NCBI GenBank assembly: GCA_947456185.1 | Contig: CANGPW010000001.1 | Span: 17,884 to 81,883, forward strand | Reading direction: 5' to 3' | DNA length: 64,000 nt | From: Bacteroidota bacterium | GTDB lineage: Bacteria; Bacteroidota; Bacteroidia; UKL13-3 | Shown: piece by piece, positions 49,927 to 57,496 of the stretch | How the letters are laid out: each line of letters begins with the position of its first letter | Position numbering within the stretch: position 1 is the first letter of the stretch | Notes under the pieces: generated by a model | Database searches by the model: none | Told to the model about the DNA's origin: nothing | What the model saw: the letters and a program-made list of their open reading frames with translations, nothing else | Program-made: the position numbers and the translations under genes

Positions 49927-50052
49927 TGCGTTGGCTCGGTGTAGCTTCGTTCACTGAGCCAGTCGAAGTGTTGGCTAGTCCTGACTTGCAGGATTACTTT
50001 TTCAGCAATGGAAAATGTATGAAGAAAAAAAGGAGAATGATTGATTTTAAAA
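49927..50052. repeat. Repeat module R1, copy b
   Basis: gcgttggctcggtgtagcttcgttcactgagccagtcgaagtgttggctagtcctgacttgcaggatt...tttttcagcaatggaaaatgtatgaagaaaaaaaggagaatgattgat; hairpin tcctg-acttg-cagga, compensatory relative to copy a. Confidence 0.85.
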
Positions 50053-50091
50053 AGAAAAATATTATTTTTGATTAAAATTCAAAATTAATAC

Positions 50092-50583
50092 ATGAAAAAA
50101 ATCCTTTTTATCACCATACTACCTATTTTTTTATTTTCTTGTAAAAATCAAAAAGTAACAAGTATTGAATTGAATAACGTTCAATTAACAGCAGAAGGCC
50201 CCTACTATGAAGGACCTAATTCATTTCAGGAAATAATTTTAAACTCACTAAAAAACAACAATATCAATCCTGAAAGCGTTGAAAAAATTGAGTTAACATC
50301 TGCTATTCTTATTTTGCCTGATAGCATTGAAGATGGTTTGATTCAAGATTTTTCATTGCAATTGGTTAGCAATACTTCCGAAATGAAAAAGGTAGCATTT
50401 ATTAATCCAATACCTACAGGTAAAAAAGAAATACCATTAACCATTGCTCAGGAGCAAGATGGCATTGATGAAATATTTTCAAAAGAAGAATTCACCGCTT
50501 TATTAGACGCTAATTTTTCAAAAGATGTAGAAACTAACATCGCATTTAAAGCAAAACTAACATTTAATATTACCACTCACTAA
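50092..50583 (+). CDS. Hypothetical lipoprotein
   Basis: MKKILFITILPIFLFSCKNQ lipobox; 163 aa. Confidence 0.45.
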   Translation: MKKILFITILPIFLFSCKNQKVTSIELNNVQLTAEGPYYEGPNSFQEIILNSLKNNNINPESVEKIELTSAILILPDSIEDGLIQDFSLQLVSNTSEMKKVAFINPIPTGKKEIPLTIAQEQDGIDEIFSKEEFTALLDANFSKDVETNIAFKAKLTFNITTH

Positions 50584-50594
50584 ACAAAAAACAC

Positions 50595-51053
50595 ATGAAA
50601 ACAACAGCAAAATTATTATCGATATTATTTTTATTGACGCTCATTTTTTCTTTTACCTTAGAAGATGAAGGAGACAGACTTGTAGGAGTTTGGGAGCCAA
50701 GTAGCGGAAAAGCAAGAGTTAAAGTTGAAAAAATTGGCAACAAGTATTATGGAAAAATTGTATGGTTAAAAGAGTCGTCAGATCCAGTTACGCAAAAACC
50801 AAAGGTTGATAAAAATAATCCTGATGCATCCATGCAAAATGTTCCATTAAAAGGATACAGGTTATTAAAGGATTTTGTTTATTCTGGTAAAAATGAATGG
50901 ACAGAAGGAACCATTTATGACCCTGAAAATGGCAGTACTTACAGTTGTTTAATTACTATGAAAGATAAAAACACTTTAGATATTAGAGGTTATATTGGTG
51001 TAAAAGCACTGGGAAGAACAGATGTTTGGAAACGATTGGAATTAAAAAAATAA
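50595..51053 (+). CDS. DUF2147-family secreted protein
   Basis: Signal peptide; GVWEPSSGKARVKVEKIG..YYGKIVWLKE ... EGTIYDPENGSTYSCLITMKDKNTLDIRGYIG pattern typical of DUF2147. Confidence 0.6.
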   Translation: MKTTAKLLSILFLLTLIFSFTLEDEGDRLVGVWEPSSGKARVKVEKIGNKYYGKIVWLKESSDPVTQKPKVDKNNPDASMQNVPLKGYRLLKDFVYSGKNEWTEGTIYDPENGSTYSCLITMKDKNTLDIRGYIGVKALGRTDVWKRLELKK

Positions 51054-51056
51054 TCA

Positions 51057-52160
51057 ATGAAATATTATATAATACTATTATTTTTTTTTATAGGTTCAGC
51101 TTTGTTTGCACAAACAGACTCTACCCAAAAAGTAGAAGAGGAAGAGGATTATTCAGTATATGAAAACGCCACTTCCTCCGATGGTCAAAACAAGACATTT
51201 TGTAACCCAAAAATTTTTGATTTAAGTCCTGCACGTTTTATTTCAATAGCATGGGATCAGCAGTTGCCCTATGATATGAAATTATCACAATTGGGTTCCT
51301 ATTCAAAAGACTCAACCAATGTGGTTCCTTATGAAACTGCAAATGCAAATAGCACATCAGGATTAAGGTTATTTGCAAATATTCCTGTAATATCAAGCAA
51401 CAAATTTTTATGGCAATTGGGGCTAAATTATTGGAATATGAAATATGTATTTTCAGAAAAAATAACTCCAACTCCAAATGCAAGTTTAATTCAGCAACTT
51501 CAAAATGATGGTTTAACTACCATGGGATTGCACAGCACTGTTTATAAACCACTGAATGATAAGCAATTTATTTTGATGCAAGTTTCGGCCGATTTGAGCG
51601 GAAATTATACATTTTCAAATATTCAGGATTTAAAATATACCAAATATTCGGCATCAATACTTTGGGGTAAACGCCCAAATGATAGAAAGCAATGGGCAGT
51701 AGGTTTAACCAGAACTTACAGGGTGGGTCAGCTAAATTTTTTACCCATTGTTTTATATAATTGGACTGCTCCAAATAGAAAATGGGGTACCGAAATATTA
51801 TTTCCAGCCCGTGTACATGTAAGAAAAAATTTCAATGCTCGAAGTTTAGTAATGGCAGGATATGAATTAGAAGGTCAAAGTTATAGAATAGGAGGAGTTG
51901 CGTTGCCAGTGGACAAAGAGCTTGAATTAAGAAGGGGAGAATTAAGATTAAGATTGGAATACCAACGTCAATTGATGGGTTTTATTTGGGGAACTATTCA
52001 AGCAGGCTATCGTTTTAATTATTCTTATAATGCTGATTATAATGAAAAAGATGGAGCTGATTTTTTTAGAGGATTTGTAGGCACACAAGAATATGCCATG
52101 ATCAATAAATTAGGAGGCGCACCCTATTTTAATATTGGAATTCATTTAGTAAGTCCATAA
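51057..52160 (+). CDS. Hypothetical secreted protein, possibly an outer-membrane beta-barrel
   Basis: Signal peptide MKYYIILLFFFIGSALFAQ; alternating hydrophobic beta-strand pattern; C-terminal aromatic ...NIGIHLVSP. Confidence 0.4.
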   Translation: MKYYIILLFFFIGSALFAQTDSTQKVEEEEDYSVYENATSSDGQNKTFCNPKIFDLSPARFISIAWDQQLPYDMKLSQLGSYSKDSTNVVPYETANANSTSGLRLFANIPVISSNKFLWQLGLNYWNMKYVFSEKITPTPNASLIQQLQNDGLTTMGLHSTVYKPLNDKQFILMQVSADLSGNYTFSNIQDLKYTKYSASILWGKRPNDRKQWAVGLTRTYRVGQLNFLPIVLYNWTAPNRKWGTEILFPARVHVRKNFNARSLVMAGYELEGQSYRIGGVALPVDKELELRRGELRLRLEYQRQLMGFIWGTIQAGYRFNYSYNADYNEKDGADFFRGFVGTQEYAMINKLGGAPYFNIGIHLVSP

Positions 52161-52294
52161 GTAAAAGCGATAAATAAAATTGGTTTTTTATAGCTTCTAG
52201 CAGCTGGCTTCTGCCAACTAGCTTCTGGCTGATATTATTTTCGAATTTATAATTTAGGTTTTCGAATTATAAAATACATACTTGCTTCAAGGGT

Positions 52295-52390
52295 GGTTAT
52301 AAGGAAAGAAGATGCTTACAGCATGACGATTGTTAGTATTTCGTTATTTGAATTTCGAATTTGAAATTTTCATACTTCATACTTCGCATT
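52295..52390. repeat. Fused R2 (copy b) + R3 (copy b) modules immediately 3' of dut
   Basis: ggttataaggaaagaagatgcttacagcatgacgattgtt + agtatttcgttatttgaatttcgaatttgaaattttcatacttcatacttcgcatt; hairpin atgct-tac-agcat, compensatory versus R2a. Confidence 0.85.
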
Positions 52391-52420
52391 TTTGTCACTC
52401 CGCATTCCGCATTCCCTTCA

Positions 52421-52852
52421 TTACTTTCCAGTACTTCCGTATCCCCCCGCGCCTCTGTTGGTTTCGCTAAGTTCGGTGGTAATTTCCCAAATGGCAGTTT
52501 CGTGTTTGGCTATTACCATTTGCGCTATTCTTTCTCCCGATTTTATTTCAAAATCTTCAGTTCCAAAGTTGATAAGTAAAACTTTTACTTCGCCACGGTA
52601 ATCTGCATCAATGGTTCCTGGGCTATTTAAAACAGTAATGCCATGTTTAAATGCTAAGCCACTTCTTGGTCTTACCTGTGCTTCAAATCCAACTGGAATT
52701 TCCATGAATAATCCTGTAGGAATAATGGCCCTGGTATTGGCTTTTATTACAATGGGTTCATTTAAAAATGCACGTAAATCCATGCCTGCTGCATGTGCCG
52801 TTTCATAAGCAGGTAAATCGTTGTTAGAGTTATTTATAATTTTTATGTTCAT
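52421..52852 (-). CDS. dut: dUTP diphosphatase
   Basis: [51 protein letters not shown] (dUTPase motifs 1-4). Confidence 0.9.
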   Translation of the reverse strand: MNIKIINNSNNDLPAYETAHAAGMDLRAFLNEPIVIKANTRAIIPTGLFMEIPVGFEAQVRPRSGLAFKHGITVLNSPGTIDADYRGEVKVLLINFGTEDFEIKSGERIAQMVIAKHETAIWEITTELSETNRGAGGYGSTGK

Positions 52853-52999
52853 ATATAAAATAGAGTTTATGTTGTTAATAATTCAATATGGTTTATTTTG
52901 TTATGAAACATTTCGACAAGCTCAATTTAATTGGTCGTTGAGCTTGTCGAAACGAATTTTATATTTAATAGACTATTTCAAAATACATTGTTTGATTCA

Positions 53000-54466
53000 T
53001 TAAATATTGTGAATGGTTTTAAATCGTTTTTCAACAATGAATGCCAAAGTAAAAAACGAAAGTAATAAAATTGCATTGATACTATAAATAATTTCAGGCT
53101 CAGGGAACAAATTATTGATCATTTTACCAATATAAAAAAGCACTAAAGCAAATACAGTATAACCCGCAAATTTCTTTACATGGTAATCAATTGGGTAATA
53201 TTTTTTTCCTAATAAATAACAAACTACCATCATGCTGAAATAACAAATAAAAGTAGTCCAAGCCGAGCCATCATAACCATAAATAGGAATCCAAATGAAG
53301 TTTAATACCAAAGTAATTACTGCGCCCATGATGGCAATATTTGCACCTATTTTATTGTTATCGGAAAGCTTGTACCAAATAGATAAATTATAATAAACAC
53401 CCAAAAACATATTGGCCAATAAAAGAATTGGAACTACATGTAAACCCTCATGGAATTTTACATCAATGTATTGTTTAAAAACATCAATAAAAAGAGTTAC
53501 AACCAAGAATAAAGCCAAGCAAATAATTACAAAATAATCCATCACAGTGGCGTAAAGCGTGCGTTTGTCGGTAGTTTTAGAATGACTAAAAAAGAAAGGT
53601 TCCGCAGCAAATTTAAATGCTTGAATAAACAAAGTCATTAAGATGGAAAGTTTGTAATTTGCGGCATATATTCCATTCATTTCATTGGCCAAACTGGCAT
53701 CGGGATACAAATATTTTATCAGCACTCGGTCCAATGTTTCATTGATCATTCCTGCAAAGCCTACTATAATTAATGGCGCACCATAACGCAACATCTGTTT
53801 CCAAACAGCGGCATCAAAACCCAATCTTATTTTTTTAAGTTCTACAAACAATAAAGGAATGGTAATGATACAAGCTATTAAATGACTAATGAACACATAT
53901 TTTATGCCTACTTGTCCATCAAAAAGCGGAATCAAAATGCCTTTGTTTTGCATATATGGTCCTAATAACAAAAAGTATAAATTGAACAAAATACTGGTAA
54001 AAATATTGATGTTCTTAATCACCGCAAATTTAAGCGCTTTGTTTTGTTGCCTTAAATAAGCAAAAGGCAACATAGTAATGGCGTCTAAGCCAATAATTAA
54101 AGCAAAATATACAATGTATTCAGGATTATTTGGGTAGCGAATTAACGAGGCAATAGGTTCGGCAAAGAACATAAAACCTAGCATAAAAATAATGGAACTA
54201 ACAATAACCGAAGTTAAGGCAGTAGAAAATATTTTTGGATTGTCTTTATTGGTATTCGAAAACCTGAAAAAAGCTGTTTCCATACCATATAAAAGTATTA
54301 CATTAAAAAAAGCTACGTAACCATACATTTCCGATTGTGTTCCAAAATCAGCTTTTGAAAACAAGGCGGTGTGTAAGGGCACCAACATAAAATTAATGGT
54401 GCGGCCTATAATGGTGCTTAAACCATAAACAGCGGTTTGCGATGCTAGTTTTTTTAATGAACTCAT
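53000..54466 (-). CDS. Polysaccharide biosynthesis protein / MOP-superfamily oligosaccharide flippase (Wzx-like)
   Basis: MSSLKKLASQTAVYGLSTIIGRTINFMLVPLHT; about 14 TM helices; 488 aa. Confidence 0.75.
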   Translation of the reverse strand: MSSLKKLASQTAVYGLSTIIGRTINFMLVPLHTALFSKADFGTQSEMYGYVAFFNVILLYGMETAFFRFSNTNKDNPKIFSTALTSVIVSSIIFMLGFMFFAEPIASLIRYPNNPEYIVYFALIIGLDAITMLPFAYLRQQNKALKFAVIKNINIFTSILFNLYFLLLGPYMQNKGILIPLFDGQVGIKYVFISHLIACIITIPLLFVELKKIRLGFDAAVWKQMLRYGAPLIIVGFAGMINETLDRVLIKYLYPDASLANEMNGIYAANYKLSILMTLFIQAFKFAAEPFFFSHSKTTDKRTLYATVMDYFVIICLALFLVVTLFIDVFKQYIDVKFHEGLHVVPILLLANMFLGVYYNLSIWYKLSDNNKIGANIAIMGAVITLVLNFIWIPIYGYDGSAWTTFICYFSMMVVCYLLGKKYYPIDYHVKKFAGYTVFALVLFYIGKMINNLFPEPEIIYSINAILLLSFFTLAFIVEKRFKTIHNI

Positions 54467-54469
54467 GCG

Positions 54470-55936
54470 TTATTCTTGCTCTTTTGGTTTAGTGGGGTTG
54501 GCTATACTTTGTTGAATATATGCTACTGTAAAGTCGTAAACTAATTTGAAGGCTTCATTGTATTTACTTAAACTTATTGCACTGGCTATATCGTCTATAT
54601 CGTGGTAAAAATGATAATCGCCCATCAGGTAAAAAAAGAAAGATTTTACACCTGCTTCTGTAAAATAATAGTGGTCGCTGTTTTGAGCTTTTCCGCGTGA
54701 GTTAATGTTTGGCAAATAATTCCCTTGTTCGTTGATGTATTGTAATAATTTAAACTCAGTTGGAAATTCAGTAGCATTCACAGCCGTCATGCCTTTATCG
54801 CCAGTAGCCATCAAATCTAAATTTAACAGCATGGCCATTTTATTCAAAGGAACTGAAGCATTTTGAGTATAATAATAAGAACCTAATAAGCCAGCTTCTT
54901 CGCCTGCAAAAGCTATAAATAGCACAGAATAATCCAAAGGATTTTTGGCAATGGTATTCATTAAGTCCAACATCATGGCTATACCGCTTGCATTGTCGTT
55001 AGCACCCGGGAACATGGCTTGGCCAAACATTCCCAAATGGTCGTAATGCGCAGTAATTACAATGAATGAATCGGGATATAATTTACCATTTACACTTGCT
55101 ATTACATTTTGTGTTTGATGGTCGATGGAAGCTGATTCAATATCAATTTCCATTTCAATCATGGTATGTTTGATGGCATTTTTTTGAATATAAATAATTG
55201 GAAAAGCCGCTCTTTCGGTAGCTACTGACCAAGTAAATTTATCTTGTTTGTCTATAATTAAACCTTTAGCGCCAATGGTATTTTTCAAAACACTTTCAGC
55301 CCTTTCAGCTTGAATCATTTTTTTGTTTTGAATACCAGTAATAACTATAAAACTTCTTCGCAATGGTTTTTTCAAAAAACTTTGAAAAGCAAAATTATTG
55401 TCAATAGTAGCTGAGTCAATGTATATAATTTCAAACTTTCCTTTTATGCTTGGGCAACCGGCATTTACTATAAAATCGCGGCCAGGTTCCATCCCAACGG
55501 CATCAATGTTTAAAAAAGTTTCACCCGGAAAAGTGATTACAGGAAAGCCAAATGTTTGAAAATAATCAATGGTAGGGGAACCTAAGCGATTTTTCCTAAA
55601 ACTATCAGCTATAAATCTAGCTGCTTTCTTATCGCCTTCTTTTACATAACCTCTGCCCGCATATTCGTGTGAGCATAATTTTTCAATCACCTGTTTGGCG
55701 TATTCCTTGTTTTGTGCTTTTGTTGCTATAGGTAATAGGCAAGGGGCAATGAGCAATAAGCTACTTGCTACTTGCAGCTGGCAACTGGCAAAAAACTCCG
55801 GATAGCTTGAAAAATTAATAACAAAAAATGAATTGCCGTTCGGCTTTAGCCAACGGAAAAAGAGGAAAAGAGGAGAAAATTTTAGGCAAAAAAAATCCTT
55901 TGAAATAGTTTTTATACGCTTTCTAAGGATTTTCAT
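54470..55936 (-). CDS. M28-family zinc aminopeptidase; the first about 75 codons of the called ORF are probably not translated
   Basis: GANDNASGIAMMLDL, HYDHLG, AFAGEEAGLLGSYYY metal-ligand motifs; the N-terminal extension lacks signal-peptide character and contains a DNA hairpin. Confidence 0.7.
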   Translation of the reverse strand: MKILRKRIKTISKDFFCLKFSPLFLFFRWLKPNGNSFFVINFSSYPEFFASCQLQVASSLLLIAPCLLPIATKAQNKEYAKQVIEKLCSHEYAGRGYVKEGDKKAARFIADSFRKNRLGSPTIDYFQTFGFPVITFPGETFLNIDAVGMEPGRDFIVNAGCPSIKGKFEIIYIDSATIDNNFAFQSFLKKPLRRSFIVITGIQNKKMIQAERAESVLKNTIGAKGLIIDKQDKFTWSVATERAAFPIIYIQKNAIKHTMIEMEIDIESASIDHQTQNVIASVNGKLYPDSFIVITAHYDHLGMFGQAMFPGANDNASGIAMMLDLMNTIAKNPLDYSVLFIAFAGEEAGLLGSYYYTQNASVPLNKMAMLLNLDLMATGDKGMTAVNATEFPTEFKLLQYINEQGNYLPNINSRGKAQNSDHYYFTEAGVKSFFFYLMGDYHFYHDIDDIASAISLSKYNEAFKLVYDFTVAYIQQSIANPTKPKEQE

Positions 55937-55950
55937 GTTATAAATAAAAG

Positions 55951-56205
55951 TTATTTAATAGCTACTACAGTGTATTCATAGCTTTCCATAATCAGGTTAG
56001 CCAATAACTTGGTACAAGCAGTTTCTACCATTGCTTTGGCTTCCGTTTCGTTAGCAGCTTCTAACTCCAAAGTAATGTGTTTGCCAATTCTTACATTAGC
56101 TATTGTAGGCAAGCCAATATTTGGCATGGAGCCAGTTACTGCTTTTCCTTGAGGATCTAATAATGCTTTGTGAGGCATAATATTGATGTGTGCTGCGTAT
56201 TTCAT
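55951..56205 (-). CDS. purS: Phosphoribosylformylglycinamidine synthase subunit PurS
   Basis: 84 aa; ...KALLDPQGKAV...IANVRIGKHITLELEA...KLLANLIMESYEY aligns with B. subtilis PurS. Confidence 0.8.
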   Translation of the reverse strand: MKYAAHINIMPHKALLDPQGKAVTGSMPNIGLPTIANVRIGKHITLELEAANETEAKAMVETACTKLLANLIMESYEYTVVAIK

Positions 56206-56903
56206 TTTGTTGTTTGTAAATTATTATAAATTGAAAAAAGTATGTATAAAACAATACTGATGTTTATTCCTAAATATCCAAATGCAAATAAACTAATCAA
56301 ACAGCATAATAAAAAGAGATATCGCAATTGATTGTTTTGCCAAGTAAAACTTTTAAACTTTAATGCAAAAAGCGGAATTTCAGCCATGAGTAAATAAGCA
56401 CTTACAAAAGGAAAAATAATTAAAAACCATTGGCTTTGAAAAATGCTTCTTAATCCAAAAATATTGGCGCTAATTACAAAAGGTAAAGCAGCTATGAATA
56501 AAGAATTTGCAGGTGTTGGCAAGCCAATGAATGATTCGGTTTGGCGGGTGTCAATATTGAATTTTGCCAATCTAATGGCAGAAAAAATTGGAATTAAAAA
56601 AGGAATATACGACAATACATTTATTTGGTTAAAGTCGATTGGAATATTGGTAATTTTATAAAAAATAAATGCTGGTGCCACGCCAAAACTTACACAATCA
56701 GCCAGTGAATCTAATTGTTTTCCAATTTCAGATCCTACATGTAAAGCACGAGCTACAAAACCATCAAAAAAATCTAATATTGCCGCAGCACCAATAAAAT
56801 AAGCTGCTAATTCTAAATTATTATTCACCAAACTGGCTACAATTGAAAGGCAACCAAACAATAAATTGAAGGAAGTAAGCGCATTTGGAATGTGTTTTTT
56901 CAT
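56202..56903 (-). CDS. pssA: CDP-diacylglycerol--serine O-phosphatidyltransferase (CDP-alcohol phosphatidyltransferase family)
   Basis: DFFDGFVARALHVGSEIGKQLDSLADCVSFGVAP = D-x2-DG-x2-AR...G-x3-D-x3-D; ATG at 56901-56903; 4-nt overlap with purS. Confidence 0.75.
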   Translation of the reverse strand: MKKHIPNALTSFNLLFGCLSIVASLVNNNLELAAYFIGAAAILDFFDGFVARALHVGSEIGKQLDSLADCVSFGVAPAFIFYKITNIPIDFNQINVLSYIPFLIPIFSAIRLAKFNIDTRQTESFIGLPTPANSLFIAALPFVISANIFGLRSIFQSQWFLIIFPFVSAYLLMAEIPLFALKFKSFTWQNNQLRYLFLLCCLISLFAFGYLGINISIVLYILFSIYNNLQTTK

Positions 56904-57027
56904 GGTATTTTGGACTAATAATTGTTGCAAAGTATTGGTTATTTCATTATTTGACAAAGCCAAGATAATATTTAGTTGTTTTTTTGTGCATTCATTTTAA
57001 CTTTGGAATCTAAATCCCAATTGATTA

Positions 57028-57477
57028 ATGGCTAAAATATTTTCTTTTATATTTTTATTATTCTTTACATTTTCATTGCATGCGCAAAACAAAATTAGCT
57101 TAAATAAAAATGGAAAAGTTGCCAAGTACATCTGTATGGAACAAGCTTCTTACGAAAATATTAATGGGAAAGTAAATTTGAGTATTATAATAACCGATTA
57201 TAATTTGTTATTAGAGCTAAATAATATTGATGAAAAATTATTTGTTTGCGGCAGCAGACTTAATTCCAAGGATTTTAAAATAGTGCTCATTGACAATAAA
57301 AAGAACATTACTTATACATCCAATTCCAACATACAAGTTTTATTAAAATGTAACAAAAGCAAAAATACATTTACTGTTAATTTTAGTGGATTAGTTAAAA
57401 ATAAATCATCAAAAATAAACATAATATCGGAGTTGAATGTTGAACAAAAACCAAAACAAAATTTAAAAACCTACTGA
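57028..57477 (+). CDS. Hypothetical secreted protein (149 aa)
   Basis: Signal peptide MAKIFSFIFLLFFTFSLHAQ; Asn/Lys-rich; immediately upstream of the S8 peptidase. Confidence 0.4.
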   Translation: MAKIFSFIFLLFFTFSLHAQNKISLNKNGKVAKYICMEQASYENINGKVNLSIIITDYNLLLELNNIDEKLFVCGSRLNSKDFKIVLIDNKKNITYTSNSNIQVLLKCNKSKNTFTVNFSGLVKNKSSKINIISELNVEQKPKQNLKTY

Positions 57478-57496
57478 TTTTCAAAAACAAAATATT

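Noticed and set aside
47447-50075. Short ORFs inside the repeat regions (47447..47653, 47595..47777, 47874..48059, 49688..49954, 49782..50075). These include a possible conserved micro-ORF in module R1, MK(R/K)KRRMID...
   Set aside because: The ORFs overlap each other on both strands and coincide with hairpins. The micro-ORF is conserved only within the repeat itself, for 9 codons, and diverges immediately afterwards (30 aa vs 18 aa). The structured repeats explain the ORFs better than coding does.
41731-52420. Integrative element or prophage at tRNA-Leu
   Set aside because: There is no integrase, recombinase, transposase or phage structural gene. No direct repeat of the tRNA-Leu 3' end is visible at the far boundary. 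It is kept only as a compositionally distinct accessory segment.
47256-52420. CRISPR array
   Set aside because: The repeats are dispersed, of unequal length (40-130 bp) and of three different sequences. They are not regularly spaced by unique spacers, and no cas genes are nearby.
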